Translations under genes and position numbers: made by a program
NCBI GenBank assembly: GCA_032718475.1
Contig: JAUCBJ010000480.1
Location: 1 to 63,488, forward strand
DNA from: Nemertoderma westbladi
Taxonomy: Eukaryota; Animalia; Xenacoelomorpha
Direction of reading: 5' to 3'
DNA: 63,488 nt
Shown: positions 47,550 through 60,900 of the stretch, in pieces
Layout: each line of letters opens with the position of its first letter
Position numbering within the stretch: the stretch's first letter is position 1
Notes under the pieces: generated by a model
What the model saw: only the letters and a program-made list of their open reading frames with translations
Told to the model about the DNA's origin: nothing
Databases searched by the model: none

Positions 47550-48600
47550 GGTTGTGGGGCGAGCCACGAAGTTGGCGGAGCCTTAGCGAATTGACACTGT
47601 TAGGGGGTGGGTCAATTTATGCAAATAGTTGTCGTCGTCGTCGTCGTCGTCGTTGTCGTCGTCGTCGTTGTCGTCGTCGTCGTTGTCGTCGTCGTTACGA
47701 TTTTGACATGCTAATAACTTTGTCGGATTTAAAGCTGCCAAGTTGAAAATTTGTAGGTATCAATATGAGCAAAAGTTGAGATTTTTGAGAGACTTTCAGA
47801 CACCATCAGTGCAATGGTCTCCCGCTAGAGGGCCACATGTCTAAACATTAAATGCCCTCCCATTTCTTTGCTTTTAATCCGTTTAAGCTGAAACTTGGCA
47901 GATATGTATTAGACCATTAGCTGTGACTTTCAAAGGAGGCGAATCCATCTGCAGTTCTCCAGTCTGCCGCTAGAGGGCCAAATGTCTGAAAGTGAAATCG
48001 TTGTCGTCGTTATGATATTGACATGCTTATAACTTTGTCGAATTTAAAGCTGCCAAGTTGAAAATTTGTAGGCATCAATATGATCAAAAGTTGAGACGTT
48101 TGAGAGACTTTCAGACACCATCAGAGCAATAGTCTCCTGCTAGAGGGCCACATGTCTAAACGTTAAATGTCCTCCCATTTCTTTGCTTTTAATCCATTTA
48201 TGCTGAAATTTGGCAGATATGTACTAGACCATTAGCTGTGACTTTGAAAGAAGGAATTGAATTGAATTGAAGGCTAATCCGTGTGCAGTTCTTCAGTCTG
48301 CCGCTAGAGGGCGAAATGTTTGAAAGTGAAATCTTTCTCCCATCTCGTTATTTATGATCCGTTCAAGCTGAAACGTAGCAGATATGTAGTAGAAGTCGGC
48401 CTGAGTCTTTGGTGGGCAGTAAACGGTCTGGAGTCCTCCAGTCTGCCGCTAGAGGGCGAAATGTATAACTGTCCCCAATTCCTTGATATTAATTTATTTA
48501 AAGTGAATATTGGCATATGTACTAGAGCACATGCTGCGTCTTTCTGAGGAAGATGGTCGATCTGCATTTCTCCAGTCTGCCGCTAGAGGTAAGCGGAATT
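47550..48600 (+). mobile_element. Probable second HINE/DINE-like family (GTC microsatellite plus ~150-bp internal repeats); related sequence resumes at ~53120-53696
   Basis: (GTC)n at 47631-47695, a taactttgtc...aagttgaaaatttgtagg block and repeated ccgctagagggc. The distal segment ends ACTAGAAGGCTTTCTAGT. Confidence 0.55.
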
Positions 48601-50135
48601 TCAAGACGCTGGTCACACTACTAAACGCATTATTTCAACATTCTCAAATATACGCTCCATAAATATTTCACGTTACTATTTTATTGATAATCAAGATATA
48701 AACCAAGCGGAATTGGGGTGTAAATGTTAAGCAGACACCTGGTGCAGACACCTGGTGCAGACACCTGGTGCAGACAGTTAGGCAGACCGGTACTGAAATG
48801 AATTACACAATAGCCTACATTCGCAGAAAAGCCTTTCTAGAATTATCACTTATGACTACTTATTTGCGTGCATTTTTCACTGGGATTGGCTGCGTGCGTG
48901 TCTAGCGTCGTCTCTTTGATTACGTTGAACCATTGGCAATATACAGAATGTTTTGATTGGACCTATAGGACTAGGAACTTTGCGTGGAAGAATATAATGG
49001 TAGAAATCATAACAAATAATACTCATATAACTTATATTTCGGCAGTTCTTTTAAATATGTAAACCTCTACCGGACTGCTGATTCATATACATTCCTAACA
49101 CTCCACACCACATTCCAATCTGACATCCCAATCCAATCTACCAGTCTCCACCCTATGGACCCCCCAATGAAAACCGGCCTGTCCGTACAAGCTATTATAT
49201 AAGCATGTGATCAAGGTGTGTAGTGTAGTGTTCCCAGCATGTCCAGTTGTTGTGGTCTTTAGTGTTAGTTGTTCAGTTGAGATATTTCTATGTTTAAAAC
49301 CCAATCTGCCAATTAATTGCATTAGTTAAACCGGCCTCTCATTAATACTGTGGTAAGATTATTAGCCATTCACAGTGCCTTATTGGGGAGGGTGGACGGC
49401 CTAGCTTGAGGTAGAGGAGCCGGTGTCTGTATATATATATAGGGCAGTTGGATTGGTAATTTGTGTGATATTTTATTGTCTCATTTATAATTATTTATTA
49501 TCTTATAACTTCTGAACTTATTAGCTTATCCTGTTGAGCGTTATCCTATAACTCCTACCGCGGTAGCGGTATAGTTATCTGATTGTAACTGTTCTAAGAT
49601 AGTTCTTGGCCTACTCTCTTCTACATGTGGATTTGAAGACTGCTACTGGAATATGCCCCTCTTGATGGGCTGGCTTGAAAGTTGAGGTATGTATTGGGCA
49701 GTTGGAAGCATATTGAGTTATACTGTGATTTATTGTTGTTACTGGTACACTTATTTTTGTTGAATTGGACTGTTAATTATTATATTGTTTCATAGTTATT
49801 TTTTTTATTTACTTTAACTGTGATACAGGCCTGGCCTATCCTACTTATGCATACAATGCGAATATCTTTGACAATATTCTTTTTCTTAACTAGGCCTACA
49901 ATGTAGCCTACTGTATAATACTGCTGTAATAAATATATTTCAATGTATTTATTCCGCCGTACATTAAATTTATTTATTTATAATTACACTCGATTACCGG
50001 TAGGTACCGGACCGGTAACCAAAATTTAAAATAAATAAATAGGCCTAAGGTGATTAATTAGATTAAATTAAAAAATAAATCATTAGGCCTAAGTAAATGT
50101 AGGCCCTAATATTTATTGGTAGATTTTTTATTGAA

Positions 50136-50442
50136 GGCGGGCGCGGGGTAGCTCAGTTGTTGAGCGCCATGTGCCACTGTGCGTGCCAGGCTTCAGGCTC
50201 ACTATCTATTGCTGGTTGTAGGATGTAGGTTCGAGGTTCGAACCCCGCCAGTGCTAGGGTCCACTCAGCCTTTCATCCAATGGCTGAATGGCGTCGAGAA
50301 AATGAGTACCAGTTGAATTACGGTACTGAGGAGAACAAAACTAGGGATACTGGGATACATGAGTAGCGCCCACCTCTACCTATATGACCTAGCAGCTACC
50401 TGTATAAAAATGGGGCCGGCCTCCGCCTCCGGTTTCTTTTTT
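50136..50442 (+). mobile_element. tRNA-derived SINE
   Basis: A box TAGCTCAGTTG (50149), B box GGTTCGAACCC (50235), a central block CCACTCAGCCTTTCATCC...AAAATGAGTACCAG like conserved metazoan SINE core domains, and a T-run end. Confidence 0.75.
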
Positions 50443-50499
50443 TAAATGTAACATTCAATCTAAATGCCTTTATACTTACTATTATTACCGGTATCAAAT

Positions 50500-50700
50500 C
50501 AAATGGCATACAATATAATTTTTAGGAAGCTTCATCGGTTACCGTACCATATAATTGCAGTGCTTCTGAAATGTTTATTATCAGTTTATGTTTCATTGGG
50601 CTGTAGGGTGAAGGGCAGTAGGTTGCTTAGTTCTATCTGTATCCATCAATCAAGTTTAAGTACCACCGGCGACATCCGACATGTATATTGTGAAAGTCTC
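50500..50700 (+). mobile_element. Possible LINE C-terminal remnant
   Basis: AYNIIFRKLHRLP...CSASEMF across broken frames resembles a LINE ORF2 C-terminal motif. Confidence 0.45.
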
Positions 50701-51130
50701 TGAGTTTATATATTCCTTTATTTTTTACATTTAGATATGTGCGAATTACATAAAAGCAAAGGATATTTATTTCAAGATGTACCGGTACCTTTAAGTCATA
50801 CAAGATTCTGAAGAAACAAGTCCATCTTCTGTACTCCACTGTCCAGAGTCCAGCTACTATTACTATGGATGCGGAAGCTGTACAAGATTCACCACTAAGG
50901 TTGGTTACTTTACTTTCTTCATGTTTCTGTGAAGTTGGTTCAATGCACTTTCAGGTACTAACAGTTTCATCTACCGTACTGGTAGTATTATACTGTAACT
51001 TGACTGTCTGCCATAGCTGCCACTACGAAGTCTATTGTGGGCCACACCTTGCTGTCTTAGCTTTTATGGGATATTTGGTTTGTTATTTTGGTTAGGGTTA
51101 GTTGGTCAGGCCTCAAACATAAGTAAAACT

Positions 51131-53119
51131 GTGGAGTTGGGGACGGGAGTTGGGAGTGGGACGGAAGTTGGGAATGGGACGGGAGTTAGGATTGTGGTGG
51201 AAGTTGGGAATGGGACGGGAGTTGGGAGTGGGACGGAAGTTGGGAATGGGACGGGAGTTGGGAGTGTAGTGGAAGTTGGGAATGGGACGGGAGTTGGGAG
51301 TGGGAGGGAGTTGGGAGTGGGACGGAAGTTGGGAATGGGACGGGAGTTGGGAGTATGGTGGAAGTTGGGAATGCGACGGGAGTTGGGAGTGGGACAGGAG
51401 TTGGGAGTGGGACGGAAGTTAGGAATGGGACGGGAGTTGGGAGTGTGGTGGAAGTTGGGAATGGGACGGGAGTTGGGAGTGGGACGGGAGTTGGGAGTGG
51501 GACGGAAGTTGGGGATGGGACGGGAGTTGGGAATGGGACGGGAGTTGGGAGTGTGGTGGAAGTTGGGAATGGGACGGGAGTTGGGAGTGTGATGGAAGTT
51601 GGGAATGGGGCGGGAGTTGGGGGTGTGGTGGAAGTTGGGAATGGGGCGGGAGTTGGGAGTGTGGTGGAAGTTGGGAATGGGATGGGAGTTGGGAGTGGGA
51701 CGGAAGTTGGGAGTGGGACGGAAGTTGGGAGTGGGACGGGAGTTGGGAGTGTAGTGGAAGTTGGGAATGGGGCGGGAGTTGGGGGTGTGGTGGAAGTTGG
51801 GAATGGGGCGGGAGTTGGGAGTGTGGTGGAAGTTGGGAATGGGATGGGAGTTGGGAGTGGGACGGAAGTTGGGAGTGGGACGGAAGTTGGGAGTGGGACG
51901 GGAGTTGGGAGTGTAGTGGAAGTTGGGAATGGGACGGGAGTTGGGAGTGTAGTGGAAGTTGGGAATGGGACGGGAGTTGGGAGTGTGGTGGAAGTTGGGA
52001 ATGGGACGGGAGTTGGGAGTGTGATGGAAGTTGGGAATGGGGCGGGAGTTGGGGGTGTGGTGGAAGTTGGGAATGGGGCGGGAGTTGGGAGTGTGGTGGA
52101 AGTTGGGAATGGGATGGGAGTTGGGAGTGGGACGGAAGTTGGGAGTGGGACGGAAGTTGGGAGTGGGACGGGAGTTGGGAGTGTGGTGGAAGTTGGGAAT
52201 GGGACGGGAGTTGGGAGTGTAGTGGAAGTTTGGAATGGGACGGGAGTTGGGAGTGTGGTGGAAGTTGGGAATGGGACGGGAGTTGGGAGTGTAGTGGAAG
52301 TTGGGAATGGGACGGGAGTTGGGAGTGTGGTGGAAGTTGGGAATGGGGCGGGAGTTGGGGGTGTGGTGGAAGTTGGGAATGGGGCGGGAGTTGGGAGTGT
52401 GGTGGAAGTTGGGAATGGGATGGGAGTTGGGAGTGGGACGGAAGTTGGGAGTGGGACGGAAGTTGGGAGTGGGACGGGAGTTGGGAGTGTAGTGGAAGTT
52501 GGGAATGGGACGGGAGTTGGGAGTGTAGTGGAAGTTGGGAATGGGACGGGAGTTGGGAGTGTGGTGGAAGTTGGGAATGGGACGGGAGTTGGGAGTGTGA
52601 TGGAAGTTGGGAATGGGGCGGGAGTTGGGGGTGTGGTGGAAGTTGGGAATGGGGCGGGAGTTGGGAGTGTGGTGGAAGTTGGGAATGGGATGGGAGTTGG
52701 GAGTGGGACGGAAGTTGGGAGTGGGACGGAAGTTGGGAGTGGGACGGGAGTTGGGAGTGTGGTGGAAGTTGGGAATGGGACGGGAGTTGGGAGTGTAGTG
52801 GAAGTTTGGAATGGGACGGGAGTTGGGAGTGTGGTGGAAGTTGGGAATGGGACGGGAGTTGGGAGTGTAGTGGAAGTTGGGAATGGGACGGGAGTTGGGA
52901 GTGTGGTGGAAGTTGGGAATGGGACGGGAGTTGGGAGTGTGGTGGAAGTTGGGAATGTGACGGGAGTTGGGAGTGGGACGGGAGTTGGGATTGGGACAGA
53001 AGTTGGGAGTGTGGTGGAAGTTGGGAATGGGACGGGAGTTGGGAGTGTGGTGGAAGTTGGGAATGGGACGGGAGTTGGGAGTGGGACGGAAGTTGGGAGT
53101 GTGGTGGAAGTTGGGAATG
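51131..53119 (+). repeat. G-rich 18-bp-based minisatellite (GGGACGGGAGTTGGGAGT / GTGGTGGAAGTTGGGAAT), ~2 kb
   Basis: Alternating 18-nt units with extreme G-strand skew. Confidence 0.95.
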
Positions 53120-53231
53120 ATTTTATTATTTTTAATCCTTTCCAGCTAAATACTTGGAAGAGCTCTACACCACACCATAAGCTTCGTATTTGGAAGGAGG
53201 CAGACCACTCTGCAGTTGGATTTTGGATATA

Positions 53232-53440
53232 GGACAATTCGGCCCCGGACAATTGGGACCTGGACAATTCTGACCCGGACAATTCGGACTCGTACAAAAA
53301 ATATTATTTTAAACAATGGGTCCGAATTGTCCAGGTCCTAATTGTCCGGGTCCCAATTGTCCGGGGCCCAATTGCCCTAGGTCCCAATTGTCCAGTTCCA
53401 TTAAGAAACCGGATAATTGGGACCGGGACAATTCTGACCC
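53232..53440. repeat. Short direct and inverted ~16-bp GGACAATT repeat cluster (MITE-like remnant)
   Basis: Four ggacaatt(c/g)gg.cc copies followed by several aattgtcc copies. Confidence 0.6.
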
Positions 53441-54029
53441 ATGCAAAAATATGATTTTAAAATGGGTAAAATGGATTTTAAAATGGTCATAAATTCACCA
53501 GTTGGCCGTTTAGAGGCGAAATTTTTGAAAAGAAAAACCTTCTCCCAATTTATTGTTTAATCCTTTGGAGCTGATATTTTGGCAGATAACTTACAGCATA
53601 ATTCGTATGTTGTAGTAGCATGCCAAGTAGATCTGCCTTTGTTCATTAATAAATTGAAATGTTGAACAAGCTTGTACACTAGAAGGCTTTCTAGTCTATG
53701 AATTAACTATCTGTCTGTAATCAGCTATACGCTCGAACCAAGGTACACCTTGGCTCGAACCCATCTCTATGAAATCTCGCTTACTATAGCTTGTTAGAAA
53801 GGTCTCTGCCTAACTCGTTCCAGCGTAATACCAAGAGCCATCTGAAGTTCTCCTGTCTACCGCTCGAGGGCGAATTAACCGATAGAGATTACCTTATCTA
53901 TGTTAGGATCTTGACTTTCAGAGTAAAAGTTACCGGTGAACGTGTGAAACACCAAACAGTGGAGGCGACCGGAACCGGAAGGCTCCTCTCTCTGTTACGC
54001 TGTTGCCTTTAAGTTTCCGTCGATATTCC

Positions 54030-54836
54030 ACAGGTCGACTGCAGTTATTCTTCAATCTTATAGCGATTCGTTGGTACCGTGCAGTGATTCTAAATACGTA
54101 ATAAGATTTGAATTTCGTTGAGAAATAACTGAGATGGGCATTCGTAAATTTCATGCATTTGCTTCCGCTGCAGACAATTAATTAAAATATTTAATAAAAT
54201 ACACCATATTCTACATCATGTTATTTATGTATGAATACCCTCGTACTAGTAATATTATATAGGCATTACATTTTGTATTTCTTAAAAAGACAAAATGCCT
54301 GCAACGGAAGCAAATGCATGCGACTTTATAAAACGAATATAGCTATTTTGCAATGAAATTCATCAGATTTTATTACACATTATTCACTATGAAGTTGAAG
54401 AATAACTGCGGTGTAAGTGGTTCAATATCGACGGAGACACTTTTTTAAACACTTGTAGCTAAAGAATGAAAGCAAAAATAAAAATTCTGGCTCACCCAGT
54501 AAGTGGTCGGAGCTCGGAGATGTAACTATCTCTGTTTTAAATTTCATGCAATCTCATTACGATTTGTAGAAATATTTTTATTTTGGGTGGGGGGACCAAA
54601 CTACTGAATTATTATTATTATTTTATTTTATTCAAACCATCAAGGTTCATATAATACATACTATATTAAGCATAAATCGCATAAAATATATAAATTATAA
54701 TAAATCTTAAGGGTGTAGTAAATTGTATTAAAATATAATAGGCCTAAATAATGCGCGATTAATTATTTTATAAGTAAGAAGTAAGTCCTATCTATATCGA
54801 ATTTAATTAAGACATTATATTCCAGGGCGTGGTGTA
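54030..54836. mobile_element. Diverged partial copy of the 30774-31701 MITE family (mainly right arm)
   Basis: gaagaataactgcggtgtaa...ttctggctcacccagt...atttcatgcaatctcatta...tatattccagggcgtggtgtaa. Confidence 0.7.
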
Positions 54837-54914
54837 ACAGTTCAATTGCAGTCACCTATCACTGCTTCATTATTCATATACTATTATTATTTATATTTAT
54901 TTTGTTTTAGATTT

Positions 54915-57900
54915 ATGTGTGATACTTGCCAACGGCCGTTTAATTCGGGACGTGGACTTAAAACCCATCAAGTGCGCTCCAAGTTATGCAAAATTCATTC
55001 CTTACGTATTGAAGCTCGGGAGAAAATGCAAAAAAGGCGATTCGATCCTGCTGTGAAATCTACTGAGCGTTTATCAAAAAGTACGAAACGGTTAGATCCT
55101 GAAGTTAGATCGGCTGAACGATTATCAAAACGTACAAAGCGGTTAGATCCTGAAGTTAGATCGGCTGAACGATTATCAAAACGTACGAAACGATTAGATC
55201 CTGCTGTTCGTTTAGCCAACCGGGAATCTATGCGGAAGAAACGGTTAGATCCTGAAGTTAGATCTTCTGAACGATTATCAAAACGTACGCAACGGTTAGA
55301 TCCTGAAGTTAGATCGGCTGAACGATTATCAAAACATACAAAACGGTTAGATCCTGAAGTTAGATCGGCTGAACGATTATCAAAACGTACAAAGCGGTTA
55401 GATCCTGAAGTTAGATCGGTTGAACGATTATCAAAACGTACGAAACGATTAGATCCTGCTGTTCGTTTAGCCAACCGGGAATCTATGCGGAAGAAACGGT
55501 TAGATCCTGAAGTTAGATCTTCTGAACGATTATCAAAACGTACGCAACGGTTGGATCCTGAAGTTAGATTGGCTGAACGATTATCAAAACATACGAAACG
55601 GTTAGATCCTGAAGTTAGATCTTCTGAACGATTATCAAAACGTACGCAACGGTTGGATCCTGAAGTTAGATTGGCTGAACGATTATCAAAACGTACGAAA
55701 CGATTAGATCCTGCTGTTCGTTTAGCCAACCGGGAATCTATGCGGAAGAAACGGTTAGATCCTGAAGTTAGATCTTCTGAACGATTATCAAAACGTACGC
55801 AACGGTTGGATCCTGAAGTTAGATTGGCTGAACGATTATCAAAACATACGAAACGGTTAGATCCTGAAGTTAGATCGGCTGAACGATTATCAAAACATAC
55901 AAAACGGTTAGATCCTGAAGTTAGATCGGCTGAACGATTATCAAAACGTACAAAACGGTTAGATCCTGAAGTTAGATCGGCTGAACGATTATCAAAACGT
56001 ACAAAACGGTTAGATCCTGAAGTTAGATCGGCTGAACGATTATCAAAACGTACAAAGCGGTTAGATCCTGAAGTTAGATCGGCTGAACGATTATCAAAAC
56101 GTACGAAACGATTAGATCCTGCTGTTCGTTTAGCCAACCGGGAATCTATGCGTAAGAAGCGGTTAGATCCTGTGGTGAGATCAGCTGAACGAATTAAAGC
56201 TTACTATGCACGTGTACGTTTCAGACAACCGAACGCATCTCCATTGGTGCAATGTCAAAAGGATGGCATCTCCAGTGCGTCCGCTTCTATATCTGATTGT
56301 AGTGTATCCAATAAAGTGAAGAAGAAAAATATAGCTGGTTCCTCCTTAATTCCTTCTCCTGCGTCCTGGACTGATAGAATGAAATTTTCAGAAAAGTGCC
56401 AATTTTTCTGCAAACTGGAGGGTGAAGTTAATAAATTAAAGAATTCTCTAAACAATTGGGGAATACCTCGAGACGATGAAATAATAAATATTCAACTTCA
56501 GAATGTGGATCCGAATGAAAATGAATGTGGCGTTTTTGAGGATGTTATTCTTCCTGAGGCACAGCAACAATCAAACCAAATGCAAATTCCATTATGGCCT
56601 TGGGATCAGCGGCCCAGAGATCATACTAAATTTTTGAATGATGCTGAGCAAAAGGAAGTTGATAAAATAAGGTCCCAAGATTCACGATATGTACAATACG
56701 TTATGAGAAAGGCTGTTGAGGACTGGTCTACTGGTTGGAAATTAAAACATTGTACAACTTGTTGTGAAATATATCTAGAGTTAAATTATGACTCATCTAA
56801 ATTTAAAGAATGTAAACGGTGCCAAGCTAATTCTAGGAGAGCACGCAGTAAGAAGACTTCTAGTGTGAGGGATATTGCTCTAAGTACAACTGAACCAGCA
56901 GCAACATTTCAAGCCAATGTCGGGAAGCTTCCACTTTGCACACCAGCTGAACGTTGCCTTATAGCAAAACAACAGGCATTTACAAGTATAATGTTTAATT
57001 ATAACCGTAGACAAGTATTTGGAAGCCATTGTTTAGTTGTTGGCCATAAAATTCGAAATACACTGAATCATGTTTTACCTCATCTCGAACATTCATGTGA
57101 TGTTTTAATAATGTCTGAAAGGATGGATGGCTCGAGTTTTCGGAAACTTCCAGTGCGGTCAGATGTTGTCAAATCCTGGACAACTCATCTCTTGAACAAT
57201 AGAGAAGGATACAAAGATATATTCACCATTAATCATGATTTATTAGAAACACTGAGTGTTCAGTGTACAGATGACATCGTGAATACTATTGATGTTGCCC
57301 CAGCAGCAGTTAGAGCAGTCCAAGATGATATGTATGCCCAGTCAGACGCTTCACAGCATAGCATGTATCGACTTAATGAAAGTTTAGGTGGTTATTTGCA
57401 GACGAGTGTCCGACAGGCTATGGAGAGTGAGTTGGTAGGTTCCCCGATTAAGATAAATCTCAGGAATATGTGGGACGGAAAGTTGTCATCTTTTCATTGG
57501 AAACTGGAGGAGCAATTTCCAGATTTACATTCTGATGGCCAGCATTCATTAACATCTATTATGTATAGGGAAGATGATGATGGACATGTGAAATTTGCTG
57601 GAATCAATGTTCACAAGCAAGCACTAGCTCACCAGTTGCGATATGCAGTATTTGGCAATGATGGTAAGCTAAGATGGCCATATGCTGAAGATCCTGTTTA
57701 TGCTTTTGTTGCTTATGACCAAATGCATTTAGCATATTCCTTGGACAGTATACAGTTTTATCTCAACACACAAAATGAACTTGATGAAGTTAATGTCAAA
57801 ACACTATTAGATAAATTTAAAATGGGCAATCCTGAAACCGTTGCACCGATGCTTATTGCCCATCTAAGACGATATCCCCATTCCGCCCAACGGTGGAAAC

Positions 57901-60900
57901 ATATGAGGCAAGAGTTATATTCTGTTTGTACCAACTCAGGGTTTCCAAATGTGTTTATCACATTCAATAATAATCTGCGAACAGATTATGGTGTGAGGCG
58001 GCTGGTATTTTTATCAGAATATGGCTTGGATGCTGTATTTCAACACTCTTGGTTTGAAATAAATCGAAAGGTTTGGGATAAATTGCTTGATAAACACGCA
58101 GCAATTATAGAGCAATACCTCCGTTTAAAAATGGAGATTATGACCAATGCATTCTTCAGAAAAGTTTGCAGCATCAATTCAAGAGACAGTTGGCATTGGG
58201 GAAGAGTAGAATGGGGTCCAACACGTGCTGTACAGCATTGGCACTTTCTTGCTAGGTTACCTCACATATTCGAATTAATTCTACTGGCTCATTTAATTCA
58301 TAGAATGCGAACTGTAAGAAAATATTGGTTGCAAGGAAGAATGACTGAAGAATTTAGGAGTGAGGCAATACATATTGTTAATACTGGTTATCTTGCTGAA
58401 AGATACATGACGGAAGTGTATGATAGCCTGATTCAAACTGATTTTTGTGATGATAATGGAGATTTGATCGATTTATATAAACTGCTGAAAGATTGGAATG
58501 AACTTCCTGATGACACAAAGTATACTCCTCAAAATCATCCCCTGATGAGAGATACAGTTAATACTTTAGAACACTGCAATTCAGAAAACAAGGAGAGTGC
58601 ATTGCTTGCCGCAATAGTGCAAATGCATAATTGCTATCCTGAGACATGTGGTGGAAATGTAAAAGGGGATGGTTGTCGACATGGCGGTATTAAGCCTAGA
58701 AGAGATATTACAAGAGTTGGATTTGCAAAGACAACAGAGTCAATGTTATTTACAGAATGTCATGTGTTGACAAAACGTCGACACAAATCATTTACTCGCC
58801 TTAATAATGTTAATAGAATTCTACAGCTGTATTGGCGTGCAAATAGTGATCTCACTGTTATAAGTTGTCCATTTGCATTGCTACGTTATACCCTCAAATA
58901 TGTCTCCAAATGCACAAGTATGCTTTCTTGTGTTGATGATGCTGTAGTAAAATTAATGGAGGTTGTAGAAAGCGAACCAGATATTTCTATCCAAAGTGTG
59001 GTTAAGAGACTAACTATTGCCCATGTTTTCAATCCGAAAGATATGTCGAGACGGGAGTTGATGTTTCATGCCCTTGGCTTGAGTGATGTCATTAAATGCA
59101 TGCCACGTATTGTCCCATTAAAGTGTTCTAGTGGTGCACCTATTTTATGCCAAATAACTCCATCAGTGAACAATCCATCTGAAGATGTAGCAACTAATGA
59201 AGAAGATGAACCTATAGTGAATGTTGAACAAGCTGATACGAATGAAATTACAAACTTTCAGGTAAAAAAATTGTTTATATTGCCTCCGAAATCGTCAGTG
59301 ACAGCATATGTCAAACGGTGTTCAGATGATTGGCCAGGTGGTCTCATCCCTTCTGATAAAATTACGTATTTCGAATTTCTGTCGCTGGTGGATTTCAAGC
59401 CTCACACTGAGCAATCTAAATTTACGTATAAAGGAATTAAAGATACCAGAATCCCACATTTCATTCCACATTTAATCACCGGACGTCCTGAATCCCTTTT
59501 ATTTGACGATAGTCTCACGTGGAACACCATTGATAACCATTTTAAAAATTTGCTACAAAATGTCAGATTAGAATGTATCGCATTTATCCCATTTTCTGGT
59601 AATGTTAGTGATTACTTTATATCAGAGAATTTGCAACAACAAATATCCAATGGTGAGAAAGATATAATTCTAATTTATAAGGCATTTCATAATAAATGGA
59701 TGGAATTACTTCACCACAGGAGTATAAATGGAACATTTGATGACCCTTGTTTTCGATTTCGTGTCTTTCAAAATACATATGGGTGTGAAATGGATCATAA
59801 AAAGGCAATGTACAAAATAAGATCCGAGTTAAATTGTATTCCCATAGAAGAGCCAGATGGAACTGGAGAAACTATTGATATTGTAGACGAACCTTTGATT
59901 GATTTAAATGTAGAATCACTTTCTATTGATTGTATACTTAGTGATGCATTTGATTTTGATGCATATATGGATCCATATCGAATTTTGAGTTCTGCCATAG
60001 AAGAACTAGATGACAGAAATGCAGATTCGTTTTTAACAATTAATTTGCAATCCCCCTTGTATTCCCAAATTCAACAAAAGTGGAAATTGCTTTGTAAATC
60101 ATCAAAGACATTTAAAGGTGGACCTAAGATTCCCATAAATTTCAATGATTTGCCTAAATTGGATGATACTCAACAACTTGTTGTCAATTTGATGATTAAT
60201 GACACTATCAATAACAAGCCTACACCTCAGACAATATTTTTACATGGACCTGGTGGTTCTGGTAAAACCGAAGTAATAAAGAGAATTTATTATCATCTTG
60301 GTGAAAAGGTCTTGTTATTAGGTATCAGTGGAGCTGCTGCTGCAAATTTGTATTGCGCAACACTTGAAGGTTTTTTTGGCTTGTATAACAACAAGACTCA
60401 ATGGGATCAGAATACCGACAAGGTAACTTCACGTCAAACTCTCATTGTGAAATATGTTCAAAGTGTTGATTTTGTCATAGTAGATGAAATTTCTATGTGC
60501 CAACCAGGAACATTAGCGTTGTTGGACTCATCATTACGCCATGCCAGTGGTAATCCAGACATTCTGTGGGGCGGCAAAAAGCTTCTACTGGTAGGAGATA
60601 TGGGACAACTCCCACCTGTTTCATCACGCCAACTGTGGAATGCACCCTCGCAATCTGAAGTTGTTTCCCCTGGTGCTAGAATTCGGCTTAGAAATCGTCA
60701 AGGTAAAGCTCATTCGTTATATGGTCATCAATTATATGCCTCTCATATGCGTCCGAATGTTATCTGCTTAAGGAAAGTTTACAGGTCTGATGATGAGCTA
60801 GCTAAACTAACCAGTCGTATTAGGAATGGGGAGCAAGATGAAATAGACTACAGGACGGTTTTTCATTCAATAAATGAACTTGGTAACACACCAAGCATGG

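Noticed and set aside
49340-49950. Possible solo LTR (TG start, TATA-like run, AATAAA)
   Set aside because: No partner LTR, TSD or PBS could be defined.
51035-53297. Mucin-like PTS-rich or GV-rich ORFs (625-703 aa)
   Set aside because: The 18-bp minisatellite is open in multiple frames, with no splice signals or unique domains supporting a gene.
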